A model generated the notes under the pieces. The model saw only the letters and a list, made by a program, of their open reading frames with translations. It had not been told where the DNA came from and did not search any database. Below, one piece after another: positions 1 through 13,320 of a stretch of DNA of 64,000 bases (positions are counted from its first letter, which is position 1; every line of letters starts with the position of its first letter). The stretch comes from the human T2T-CHM13v2.0 reference genome, Homo sapiens. The stretch lies in NCBI RefSeq assembly GCF_009914755.1, contig NC_060928.1; one strand, 5' to 3'. The translations under genes and the position numbers were made by a program.

Positions 1-204
1 CCAAAACTTGATGATAGCTTTAACAATAGAATGCCAAAAAGTGTGAGGATGAAAGAGCAGTTCTCAGCAAGGAAGTACATAAATATATACATTGATACAT
101 GAATGCATGCATAATTCATTTAGAGTGGCAACACTTGGGTGTGTATGGCCAACACTGTCCAGGGAAGAGGACCTAACTTGGCTATCTCCTTTCTGGTGCT
201 TGGA

Positions 205-922
<718 letters not shown>

Positions 923-949
923 TAAGCAGTTGTGCAGAAATTTTGTCCC

Positions 950-1375
950 CGTTGATCCATTTTCCAACCTTCTCCATTCTTTCTGCTTGTGGAAGCTGAT
1001 CTTTATGGATTGCATTATTGTGCTCCCAGACCTTTGGCTTACAGGCAGGAGACTGGAGGGAATAAAGGGAGAGAGGTCAGGGTATATTTCTTCCTCAGCT
1101 CTTTCCATGCAAGGTTACCCAGGGGTGGCTGTGCCCTCAAACAATGATCATGCATTTTCTCAAGATGGCCCTTTATATAAACCTTTTTCCTGGGTTCCAG
1201 CAGTCATTCCTTCCCTTGTCTCTTGAGGCTTATGAGGTGGCGACAGCCTGAGGATTATGCAATTTTCCTACATCTTCCCCACACTTTTGTAAATATTAAT
1301 ATTCCCCTTATTAAATTTCCCTCAACTCATCCTAACGTACATGTATGCTCTTAGTTTCCTGATGGAACTTTGGCT
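950..1375. mobile_element. ERVL solo LTR (LTR33-like)
   Basis: Motifs gctgatctttatggattgcat and caggagactggaggg...gagaggtcaggg. Resembles the element at 14290-14730. Confidence 0.5.
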
Positions 1376-1704
1376 GACATAGTAATTATCAGTGTCTTCC
1401 ACACAATACATATTCTTATGATGGAAATAGGTACATTAAATAACTACAGAAAGTGCCATTATTTATTTGGCCAGTATTTATTGAGCATCAATGTACCAGA
1501 CACAATGCTAGATAAAAGTTCAATTTCTTTCCCTCAAGTAGCTCACAGTTATTTGGACATATATGTCACCCAATTCACTCTTTTTGCTTCCTTTCTAAGC
1601 TTCTTGTCAACTCTAAAAATGACAATTTGGCTTTTCATGTAGCCAAATGGGCTGGCATAAAGACTGAATTTAATATTTATAGGAAAATTGAAATTGAAAA
1701 TTGT

Positions 1705-1858
1705 ATGGCATTAATATTTGGGAGAGAAAACATTTCCAAAAAAAATTCTAAGCAGACTTCTTCTTACATGTCATTATCCAAAACTGTGTCAACAGGAGCT
1801 AGTAAAAAGAAAATAAAACCAACCATGGGAAATACATAAGCAATTGTGCAGAAGTTTT
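1705..1858 (+). repeat. Direct ~150-bp duplicate of 479-520 + 839-944 (Alu-free copy)
   Basis: Manual alignment gives about 10 substitutions and two 3-bp indels. Confidence 0.95.
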
Positions 1859-1944
1859 CCTATAGGTATAAAATTCACTGCTTATGCTATCCCAAGATCT
1901 GGCTGACTAACAATTATATTCTTACTGAAAATGAAGACATCTAA

Positions 1945-2170
1945 CATGGTGTCTGAGCAAGAATTTTGGAGTCAGATCAACATTCAAAATGAACTCACCA
2001 AATGTGTAACCACAGGCAAATTACATAATCTCTGTGAACCCAAGCAGCCTTACCTAAGATGGGGGCTCACTTGCATTTACTTCCTCTGGTTGTAGTGAGA
2101 ACTAAAGGAGTTCATGTAGTTCATGTCCACAAAGCTCTTAGCACAGTGTCTTGTTCAATAAATAAATGGC
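1945..2170 (+). mobile_element. MIR fragment
   Basis: ggagtcaga...tgtgtaacc.caggcaaattac.taatctctgtgaacc...aaagctcttagcacagtgtc core. Confidence 0.7.
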
Positions 2171-3229
2171 AGCCATTCCAGGTTATTTATTACTTTCTTG
2201 TGAGTTTGGTCGAAGCTATCCTTAAATGGCTGATCGTCATTTGAGAGACTGACTGCTGAATTTCTTGACCTGCACAACTTAGGAACAGATCCCGGTCTCT
2301 GATGACCTCAACCAGAAAATGCGACCAAGGAAGACTTTGTCTCTGGGCAGCCAGCAAGTTAGTCTCAGTCCTTTGCTTTGCTTGAGGATCCAATCCACCT
2401 TAACAATAAAGTCCCAGTCATTGGAAGTTTGGAGTTTGGAGACTAGATGAGGCATGATAGTTAAGCAGGTAGTAAGCAGAATATTGAGGGTGAGCACAGG
2501 TTAACAGGACTAGATAGAGGCAGTAGGGCCAGGCAGGCTACAGGCAGGGGGCTATTTGAGTTCAGGTAAGTCAGAAAATGAGGGAGGGAAGCATCAAATA
2601 GCTTAGACGAGCTCAATCCAGGGTACAGGAAATCAAAAGGCTAGGAAAAAATGCCTCTCAGGCAGGGGACACCAAAGATGAATCCTGACTACTTGCTTTC
2701 TTCAATCTTTTATGTTTTTTGCTCTGGCATAAGCAGGCAAGTTCAAAGATATGTGATTTTAGCCAGAGGAGGAAAGAGAATTGAGAAGGTACAGTTTGAA
2801 TCGGATGAAAGCAAGAAGAGAGGGTTAGGAGTTCCAGAATTTTTTCCAGTAAGACTTTGGACAGTTAACAGCCTATTTTGAAAGAATTTCTTCCTGCTTG
2901 GCTATTTAATTCACATAACCAAAAGGCTGGAAATAATTCGAAGAGTCTCTCATCATTAAGAATCCACAGAAAAGCAGCATTATACTCATACTCTTCTATG
3001 TGGTTTTGATTGTACATTGTTTTTAACTTAATAATACCTTATGACTCCATAGCACATTATAGTTTTCAAAATGTTTTTACTTGGATGATCTAATTTAATC
3101 CTTACAGCCACACTGTGTGTGTGTGAGGTAGTTATTATTATCAGTCTGTTGTAGATTCTGATCAGCTCAATTCCACTGAATGTTTATGGAGCACCTATTC
3201 TGTGCCTGGCATTCTGTTTGCTGCTGCAG

Positions 3230-3712
3230 CTTAACTTCCTTCATGCATAAACAAAAGCCACCCTAATGAGACTAAACAAAGGTTATTTATCCAGAGCTTG
3301 CTATAGCAAGGGAGTCAGCTACCATTGCTCATGTTTGGCAGATCTCAAAGGCAGTTAGAGGAGTGAGAAAGCTTTGGTGTGAATAAAGAAGGTTTCAGCT
3401 ACGTCCTGATCGGAGTTCATCACAGGGACTCTGGAAGTGGGCTATCTAGAAGAGGGTTAAGGGATAATAATATCTCTAATATTGGTTAAGGGAACAATAT
3501 TGGCTTTCTTTGGTGGGCCTAAATTGTAAGTGGGGACAAAAATTAGGAAAGCCATTAATTATTTATCAAATCCTGGATAGTATGGGCAAATTGCTACAGA
3601 GATTGTGGTTCATCTCTTGGACTGGTGGCTGCTGAGATTATGGGTCAGGGCTCTATATCTATAGATGGTCTGGCTATTGTCTGTTTATAGCCAGTTTATA
3701 TATTCAGTCTCT
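3230..3712. mobile_element. Old ERVL-type solo LTR (family uncertain)
   Basis: tttatccagagcttgctatagcaagggagtcagc motif, ~480-bp LTR-like block. Confidence 0.4.
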
Positions 3713-4384
3713 TAATAGTATGGGTGACAAACATGTAATGACACTAATCGGCCAAGGAGCAGTGAGCATCTGCCTGAGAGGATGAAGACATTGATGCAGG
3801 GGTGGAGGGCTGCTGATTTGCCCGGAGTCATGAAGCAAATGGAGTGAAGAGCTGGAGTTTGAATCTGGATTTTCCAACTCTCTGTTTTATGTGCTTCCTG
3901 ATCATGGCTTCAGGAGTGTCTAATTAAGTTTGGGGAAGAGGCGAGCACAGAGCTTTCTTTTAATTTAATAGCAGGCCACTTCTGAGCATGAGTAAAATGT
4001 GCCTTTTGTATCTTCTATCTGTGTGGCTGTAGATGATGATCAATGAGACAGCTTCCTATGTCTACTGAAAATTTGGCAAGAGAAATCTGGTACAATTAGC
4101 AAAGATGTTGCAGAGACTAGCACCAGATCTCTAACTTTCCAGCCCCATGTCTCCTTTTGGGGGCTGCTTGACTGTTTTCCATTCTCCTGGAGATTATCAC
4201 CGTTATTTGCTAAACTCCTGGACAGACTCTCATTTCTTTTTTGGTTTTAACGTCTTTCTATCTTACCCTACACTCCATCTCCCTCCACCGTCCTCAGAAA
4301 GTGTGACAACTGTGCTGACCACTCTTCCGTTATTATGGCTTCACACATCCTATCTTGTTTTTTTCACTAGACAAAAATTTAGCA

Positions 4385-4795
4385 GGCGATGACTAGGTGT
4401 CAGGGACTGTTCTATTGTGAGGAATACAGAGGCGAAAGATAGTAAAAGTCCTTGCCCTAGTGGTGCTTACACTCTGGGGGAAGCAGACAAGACACAGATA
4501 AGAAAATGGATAAATATGTTATGCCAAGTAGTGATAAGTGCTATGAAAAATACTAGCAGAGGTCAGAGTAGTACGGTCTGGTGTGTGTGTGTCCATGTAT
4601 GTGGGTGCAGTTGCTTTGGGTAGCATGGTCAAGGTGGTGACTTTAAGCAGAGGCTTGAATGAAGAGAAGGAGTGAGCCAAGGGATGTTCTAGAGGGACAT
4701 CATTCCAGTTAGCAAGAACAGCAATTGCAATGACCTGGGAAAAAGTTTGGTGTATTTGAGGACTAACAAAGAGGTTTATTGGCCTAGAGTGGGTT
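4385..4795 (-). mobile_element. L2 3' fragment
   Basis: gtccttgccctag...cttacactc, gataagtgctatgaa, gaggcttgaatga, cattccag...gaacagc L2 motifs. Confidence 0.65.
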
Positions 4796-5369
4796 AGTGA
4801 GGGAACTTGTGCTATCAGTTTAATAAGTAAATTTTGAATCTGAGAAAGAAGTGTCAATAAAAGCAGGAGAGCATTTGTTTGCTAATCCCACTGGTTAAAC
4901 GAAACACACATAACTGATGCCCATTATGTTTTTGGTAACGAGGATGCATGTGTCTCTCCAGTTCATTGCTCCTTTCTATTAGGAATATTATCATGTGTTA
5001 AAGAATCAACTTTGAGAAACATCATTTTTTAAAAATTTTATTGTGTTTTGTTATTATGCCCACATTTTTTGACCTTGACCTAAAGTTGTATATTGTTCAT
5101 GAACTTGAGAATATATATTCAATAAAGAAATATATATTCAAGAAATACAGAAAAAAAATGAGAGGCATGAAAGGAACCTGGCATATAGTAGACGCTGTTG
5201 GGTTGCCTACCTGGCACTTCCTCCTCCTTCTTACAGCACTGCCTTGCCCTTTCATCTGAGAAATGTGCTTAACTCCACACCAACTGTGTAGTTTTAATAA
5301 AGCTGCCATCTTCTTCTTATGAAAGTCCCTCACCCCCTCACTTCCAAACTCTAGGCTCTTCAGCACAGT

Positions 5370-5731
5370 TGATGATCCCAGATGGACAGTTGAACTAAGC
5401 TAGCTAAATAGAGAATTTTCATAGATGTTTTCTGGGCTGGAGCTTGAGAAAAAGTTTCGAATCCACTTGGATGACAAAACCCGCAGATGAGTGGAGGGTT
5501 GAGATTTATTCATAGCCATGTACTTGGCTTTGAGGAGGTACCTTCCCAGAGAGAATGAAGCAGACAAGCTGAAAATAACAAGGATGAGAGGCTGGTGGCA
5601 TTTTATCTGGTTCTATTAATCTAAGAAGCCTGTGTTCTTATTCTTCCCTTGGTAACCTGAGCCTTCACATTCATGTCTCTTTTTAGTTTAAGCAGGTTGG
5701 AGTTGTCACTTTCAATCTGAAGAGTTCTAAG
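5370..5731 (+). mobile_element. Old MLT1 (I/J/K-like) LTR remnant
   Basis: gagaatgaagc...; 3' end gtttaagc...ggagttgtcactttcaatctgaagagttcta. Confidence 0.45.
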
Positions 5732-5810
5732 AAATGCAAAGTACATTGTAAAATATATAATAATGAGTTTGGGTACGTGGTTTTTTCTTTCAAAATTGTG
5801 GTTGCAAGTA

Positions 5811-6095
5811 CAGTCATCCCTCAGTATCTGAGGAGGATTGGTTCTAGGACCCCTGCAGATATCAAAATCCATGGATACTCAAGTGCCTTATATAAAATGG
5901 TGTAGTATTTGCCTATAACCTATGAACATCATCCCATATACTTTAAATTATCTTTAGATTACTTACAATACCTAATACAATGCCATCACATCACTGCATG
6001 GCAAATTCATTTTGATTTGGAACTTTGTGGAATTTTTTCCATTTGCGGTTGGTTAAATCTATGGATGTGGAACCCAAGATATGAAGGGCTGACTG
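5811..6095 (+). mobile_element. MER2 (TcMar-Tigger non-autonomous DNA transposon)
   Basis: TA|CAGTCATCCCTCAGTATC...GATATGAAGGGCTGACTG|TA terminal inverted repeats with TA TSD. Internal sequence matches MER2. Confidence 0.9.
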
Positions 6096-6137
6096 TAATC
6101 CTGTAAATACCTGAAGCAATCCTTAGAGTCAAGTAGA

Positions 6138-6295
6138 ACAGAGCTTCTCAAATTATAACGTGCATGCAAATCACCAGGAAATCTTGTGCAAATGCAGATT
6201 TTGATTTAGTTGACCAAGGTGTGTCCGGAGAGTTTGCATTTCCAGCAAGCCCCCAGGGGCTGCTGATGGTGCAGGTTTGCAGACCACAATTTAAT
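6138..6295. mobile_element. MER5-type hAT-Charlie MITE
   Basis: ttctcaaa...aatcacc.gg..atcttgt..aaatgcagatt.tgatt...tgcatttc.agcaagc.cccagg. Confidence 0.75.
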
Positions 6296-7301
6296 AAGAG
6301 AGGAATCAGACTGCAGAAGTAAATCACCTAGCATAGAGGACTGGTGGTCACAAATCTCCTCTGTTACATACACACCTGTTGAGCTAAGAGAAAACTTTCA
6401 GATCCCCAGCGATCTGTTGAGTTTGGATAATTACATGATGCCGTCAACTGGAAAAACAGTTTAATACTAGCCATTATGAAGTTTACACACCAGAAAAACA
6501 CTGTTTTTGTAAAAATATTTGGAAATGTAAATAACAAATTAAAAAAAAATCCTCTGACAAGCTGAGACAGAGTCTTTTACAGGGACTGCACTGTGCAGTG
6601 GAAAGAACAGTCATTCCGGAGCCACGCAGCCTGGGGTTGGAAACGTGCTCCGTTACATTCCAACTGTGAGTACCAAGAAAGCCCTAGTTCTCTCATCTGT
6701 CTATTATGGGTAATTTTATGGTGAAAAGTGCAAATATGAAATTTTCTTTGTTTCTCTACAACTGAACTGAGCTTAATTTTAAAACCTCCCTGTTTTCCTA
6801 AGAGCAGAAATTGCAATCTTACCAAACCTACATATATTCAGTCACATTTCCCTTAGTCCCTTTGGGATAAAATTCACTCAATTAAAGATTCCTTCACCCC
6901 ACTTCTTGTCCTATTCTCTCAGGAGAGGTCTCAGTTCTGGAGGGCTCAGGTATGGTCAGGCATTGTTGGAAGGCACCTCTACTTCTCACGCTCAGTCATT
7001 CTCATTTCTGTGACGGTGTCTGATGCTACTGTCTTGTACATTCCTTATCAATCTCTTTCCAGGAAGTATCTGTGGCTAAAGTAGCTAAAGTGCCCTGTGC
7101 TTCTGAGTCCTAGTTCCTAGTTCCTTGCAGGCCATTTTGCATCCTTTTTGCCTACTGGACGACCTTTATAGGTCAACTGACACATTCTTGAGAACTCTCG
7201 AATTTCTCAAGGATGTATTTTATCCATCTTTTATGTATTGTTCAATAAATATCAAATGTCTACTATATAAAAGCCCTGTGTTAGGCACTGAACCAATATT
7301 C

Positions 7302-7406
7302 TTTTTTTTTTTTTTTTTTTGAGACGGAGTCTCACTGTTGCCCAGGCTGGAGTGCAGTGGCGCGATCTCAGCTCACTGCAGGCTCCGCCCCCCGGGGTTC
7401 ACGCCA
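7302..7406 (-). mobile_element. 5'-truncated AluY, AluYe-like
   Basis: T19 tail. Reverse complement reads GGCGTGAACCCCGGGGGGCGGAGCCTGCAG...GGCAACAGTGAGACTCC. TSD CCAATATTCTT at 7293-7303 and 7404-7414. Confidence 0.9.
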
Positions 7407-7712
7407 ATATTCTTAACATAGTACTTAGCTTACAATAGATGTTTACTGAAAGGTTATTGGACAAACAGGTATTTATTAACATAGAAAACTTCTAAGAAGA
7501 AGTGGAGATATTTGTACAGATAAATGTTACCCAATATAACAACTGGTCATCTATGAAGATAAGTTGAAATGTTTCAGAATATTTTATTTAATACAATACA
7601 GTCTTTCCAATGGCAGAGTGAAAATGTCCTGTGATATTTTAACAGGGCACTGAAGATGCACATTTGGATTATATTTGAGGCTTTAATGATGTCAGACTTT
7701 AGGCATGGGTAA

Positions 7713-7986
<274 letters not shown>

Positions 7987-10900
7987 GTAGTATTATTGAC
8001 CGACTTAATTGAATCCTTGATTTACTTCAACCTTAACTTGCTTTTAAAAATGTCACTAATTTTAATACTTGATCATTCAAGACTGTGATAGTCTCTGCTT
8101 CCTGCCCCTTCTCCTTTACCTGGGCTGTATCCATTCCTCTGTGTGCATTTTGTCATTTATCAGCAACATTCATGCGAGTGCATGGGGAGGGACACATCAC
8201 CAGACACACTTATCAACATGGAACATGTCTGATTGTGTTATTGTGACATCTCTGTCGCATGCTATTCTTGAGTCTTGAGGGCTTGAGGAGAATTGGAGTT
8301 GCTCAAGCTTTCTTTGCCTAAACATGGCTCTTCAACTTGTCTGTGGCTACTTGATGTTGGAGCATGCGAGGGATCAGGAAGGGGGCTTCATCTGGAAGGA
8401 ACTTACAGATTGCCTCTCCTCAGGAAACACCTAGCCTACATGGAGGTTTTACTAGTTTTTCTTGATCTGGCTAGATATGGGCAGAAGGGTCCTTTAGACA
8501 GCCACTACCTAAAATTAAGTCTTATTCCTTTGACTTCTTTCCTTTACTAGCTTTTTGAAATTTAATAGCTTTTTATTGAGAAAAAAAAGAAAGAAAGGAT
8601 TGTGAAATACACTTTACTATATACTCTATTTTGTAGTTGATGTTATAAATTTTCTTCTCCGAGTCTCCCAAGCCATTAGCTTTTTAGGGTTCAAACTCCA
8701 CTTTCTCTCTCTAAAAGTCTGACTTTAACATAGGAAACTTCAGCTTTCAAAACGATTTCCCCAGCTCTGAATTTTAAAAACTCCATTCAGAGACTCATTC
8801 CTGGCTCTTAGCTCTTATTGCTAGGAGGGCTCTTATTTGCCCTCTTAGCAAAGCTTTTGAATCTACAGGGCAACCTGAAGATTAAGGGGAAGATAAACCT
8901 CATTCATTTTCCCAGAATTTTATCTCTTCACATGTAAAAGGGGCACAGGGTCATGAAATAGCCTGACATGGGGCAGGGATGGCTTTCTCCAACAGGGACA
9001 TTAGTACCTCTTGGGCTTCCAGAAATGCACTACAAAGCATGGAGAGGAAAGAATAAAGGCAATAAAAGAAATGAGCAATCAATTTTTATCACCTGGTTAA
9101 GTAATCTAAACTTTTTAAGCACATACTTTATAGGTACATGTATGTATAGTAAAAAGTTTTCTTCAAATTTCAAGGTGACACTCATGATTAAAATATTAAG
9201 CTTGAGGTGGACTATTTAAGCCTCTCCCTCCAGCCCCTGAAGGTACCTGCTGGTGCTTTTCTGCTATTAGGTGTACATAGTGGATGTCTTGCAAAAAAAC
9301 TGGATAAGGAAATTGTTTTAAACTGCTTGGCTGTGTATTAAGACTTAATTCGCTGCTCCCTCTTGAATTAAATCCTCTAGTTTATCAAATGGCTAAAGCC
9401 CAATCTGTCTAAAAGAGGGAGCTGGCTGTGCTACAAGAATTTATGTTTCCATCCTCCCAAGTCCCATCTGTGCCCCGGATGTCACCTGGAGAGATGGTGT
9501 TTGGAAGAGCAAGGCAGGGACAGGCCAAGGACAAAACGTGGATGAGTCAAGCAGGAGCCATCAGCAGGGAGCAAGCCCTCTTCCTTGTCTTCTAACATTG
9601 TTCCAGAAAATGGGGGGGTGTTGATTTTAACTTTCCTTCTTTCTCCTTTTGGAGGGTGCTTTGTGAGATTGCAAAAGCTGTCTGAGACCTTTGGAAACTG
9701 CATGTTTACTTATCTCTGAGCTCTTTTGAGGTGGAACCCAGAGACATTTGATTCTCTCCCCAGGATTATATTTATGATTTTAAGGTTGTTTCTAATGGGC
9801 CATGATTGAGAAAAAACAGAAAAAAATAATTTTTTCATGGAGTTCCCTTTCCCCTACCCAATATACACACACATGCACAAACACTGCAAATGGGAAAAAT
9901 GTTCGAAATAGCGGCAGACTCTAATTACCCAGGTTGGAAGAGGGCCAGGATATTGGTCAGTGGATTCTCTCTCTTCTCCCCCCCGCCCCCTCCCCCAGTT
10001 TCTTTTCTTCTCCCTTCTGTCATCTTTCTCCAACCATCAGGTGGGTGGGTGGGTTGCTGGCTGGCTGCTGCTTGGCAAACAGAAATAGTTTAGGAGCAAG
10101 TGTTCTTGGGGTATGTTCACTGAAGGATGAACCAGAGCAACAAAGAATGATTTTTCTCTCGACATTCAGCCAATTTACATCCAAGGAGAGCAGGTGGGGA
10201 GATGTGATGCATAAAGGACGCAGAAATTTAAATCTGAGTGAGTGATAGTAAGACTTTCCAAAGTGAAGAGTTGGAATGTAGAAATTAAATAATCTTGGAG
10301 AAATATAAGCAGGATGGGAAGTGTTTGACCCAAAGAGCAATAGAGGATGCACATATCTATCTCTGCAGACAATAAATAAGTCCATTCTGATGGATGCAGG
10401 AATGAATGTGGATGCTTCAAAAGAAAATGAATTCCACTGTGAGACGGGCAAGAGGGTAATTAAAACCCATGAAGTTGAAGACACCAGAAGTTGAGCAACT
10501 AAAGTGGGCCAGGTGTGTTTAATTAAGTGGTTATTTCTTGTTCGGTGATAAGTCCTTATGTTAGCAACATCACATTGTGTGTACAAAAAAAATTCGGTTC
10601 GCAGATTAATTCAGTCATCAAAGATACTCCAAGTGAGTGTTACGATTTGTAATATGGATTTCAAAGCTGCAGTCTGTTGATGTTCAGACAGTTTAAGAGG
10701 ATTTGCTCAATAAGCAGAGATTTGTCTTGCAACAAGACTGTCTGGGCCACCTACAGAAGAAAGCAAGTTACACTCCTCAGATTTGCCTTTGAAGAATTCT
10801 AGCAACTGGCTGTCTCACACCTACCCTTGCACATGCGTTGCTGGTTTCGTTCAGCTACATGATCCCTTTGCTGTAACTAGGATGGTCTCCTCACCACCAC

Positions 10901-11149
10901 CGGCACCAGTCTGCCTGATTCTGGTCAGTGTATCTTGGCTGATGGTTTTTCTCTTTTTCTTCAATCTTGGCCAATGTGTGTACATAATTTTTCTCTGGGC
11001 TTCTCTTTTGGAGAAGCCTATAAAACATTTCCATTCTGGGATGACAGAAACTCCTGCTTGGGAGGGAGAGATCTCAAAGATTATCTACTGGAATGCACTA
11101 TGCATTACACAGTGCAGCGAAAGGGCACAGCCTTCGAAGCGTGAGCTCC

Positions 11150-11500
11150 ACTCACTACATTAGCTATATAGTTTAGGCATTTCATTGAGTCATAAATAGT
11201 CACTATCTCATTTATTCCTCACTAGCAATCCAATAGGAGAAAAATAAAGCACAGAAAGATTAAATAACTTGCCGGGGTTCTGTAAAGTAAGTAATTGATC
11301 CGGAATTATAACCAAAATCTATCTGACTCCCACGCCCAATGCCTGCTGTTCCTCTTGTCATTTTGGCTTTGGGCAAGTTATTTTCATTCTCATTACCTTC
11401 TGGGCCACATTCATCAAATGTAGATGAGGATTAGAGACTATGCACATTAAACACCTAGTACAATGCCTGACAGTATGAGGTGTTTCCTAAATGCTCATTA
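11150..11500. mobile_element. MIR fragments
   Basis: gcacagaaagattaaataacttgcc, atctgactcc, ttgggcaagtta and gtacaatgcctgaca motifs. Confidence 0.55.
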
Positions 11501-11540
11501 GATTGTTCTTAGTTTTCATGTGTCTAGTTCACTTTTTTAG

Positions 11541-11692
11541 TTTGGTGTGTGGGCTGGCAGCATCAGCTTCACCTGAAACCTTGTTAGAAACACAGGAACT
11601 TTGGCTGGCCCCAGACCCACAGAATCAGAATCTGCGTTTTAACCAGATGCCCAGGTGAGATCTGTAGGCACTTTAAAGTTTGAGAAACACTG
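11541..11692. mobile_element. MER5A (hAT-Charlie)
   Basis: cagcatcagc.tcacctg...cttgttagaaa...gaatcagaatctgc.ttttaac.agat.cccaggtga...aaagtttgagaa.cactg. Confidence 0.85.
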
Positions 11693-12364
11693 GGCTGGCC
11701 TATGCGTCTGTATCCACTAAAAATGAAATTTGCTACCTTTTTTTCTTTACTCTTTATTTAGAAATAATTTCACACTTACTGAACTATGTCAGTAGTACAA
11801 AGAATCCTGGTTTCTTTAGTGGAGAATGGTATTTATAATTTAAAAGACATGTGCCAGGTGTGCCCAAAACCATAGGATTCATTCCAGCTTCCCCTCTTTC
11901 TGTAGCTCCCTTCTCTGATGGTGAAAAACTGTCTCCATTACCCTCATAATGTATATGCATTTGTTCACTCCATTCGTGGGGTACCGATTTTTCTGATCTG
12001 CTTATCTTCCCATTTGACCACCTGCCTTGTGAGGGTCCCTCCCTCGCCTGCCAGCTCACCATTCTCTACCTGGCAGCCTGTTTGTTCCTTCTTAAAGCAG
12101 CTTCTTCTAGCCCAGAACAGCACGTACCAAGAAAAGATTCTTTCTTACATTGAACTAAAGCCATCCTCCTGTAGCTTCCTCTCCCTGCTCCTCCTCCATA
12201 GGAGTCTGAAGCGTAAGTGTGCTTCGATGTAGTGTGATGTGGTTGCAGAGAGTATGGCCTGGGGCGTGGAGACATTGCTCTATACTTGGTTCCTTTGAGA
12301 ATTGCTCAAGTTATTTAATCTCCTCTTGCCTTCGTTTCCTGCAAAACTAGAGATAACATGTCTA

Positions 12365-12738
12365 CAGACGGCCCCCAACTTAGGGTTTGTCGTGAGATTT
12401 CTCCACTTTACTATGGTGCGAAATTGAGATGAATTCAGTAGAAACTATACTTTGAATTGTGAATCTTGACCTTTTGCTCAGTTAGCAATATGGGGTATAA
12501 TATCCTCTCATGACACAGGGCAGTGGGAGTGAGCTTCAACTCCCAGTCAGCTAGGTGATCACGAGCATAAATAACTGACACTCTACCATGTCTGCGATAC
12601 CAGTGTTTTTTGTGATATTGTCTTTTGTGTTTTTGAATCCCTTCATGTCTACATAACACCCATTTTCCACTTAAAATATTTTCGACTTAACAGTGAGTTT
12701 ATGGGGATGTAACCACATCACAAGTCAAGAAGCATCTG
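12365..12738 (-). mobile_element. MER47-type Tigger-derived DNA transposon
   Basis: TA|CAGACGG...AAGTCAAGAAGCATCTG|TA termini with TA TSD. Reverse complement matches the MER47 5' end. Confidence 0.8.
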
Positions 12739-12899
12739 TATTTGCAGGTAATTGGGGACAAAATGAGAAAAGAATATAAATGGCATGGCAGAATGCCTGG
12801 CCCATATTAAGGCCAAAATAAATGAGCTCATTTTTCTTTGCCTTCTTCATTGCTTCTTTCCTTCCCTTCCCTCTTCTTTTTGCTTTCCTCCTTTCCTTC

Positions 12900-13320
12900 C
12901 TTCCTTTAATAAAATATGTACTAAGTGCCTAATATGTGTTGCGTAGCAGTAAGCTAGACAGTCATGGTTCCTTCTCTCACGTATCTTACAGGATAGAGGA
13001 TAAATAGGTATTTTTTTTAAAAAAAATTACATAAACTTGCAATTTGAAATTTTGAAAAGTATATATTCTAGGTCCTGGGATACAGAAGCAAGCTGAGAGA
13101 GAAGCTCTGCTTTTGTGGAGCTAATACTTTAGGGGATGAGAAAGATAATAAACAAGAAACAAACAAAGGCATTAGGTGATATCAGATGATAACCAGTGCC
13201 GTGAAGAAATGCAAGCAGAGACTGGAGCTCAGTGGGTGAGGAATGAATGGTGTAAGATGGGGCTGGAGAGACAGCTCCAGCTGGGTCATGGACAGCCTGG
13301 GAGGCAGAGTGGGCTGTATT
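12900..13320 (-). mobile_element. L2 fragments
   Basis: aaatatgtactaagtgcctaatatgtg; ctgcttttgtggagcta; ggctggagagacag. Confidence 0.5.

Noticed and set aside
10020-10586. 188-aa minus-strand ORF
   Set aside because: Non-ATG start, no recognisable domain, and antisense to a purine-rich possible LINE relic.
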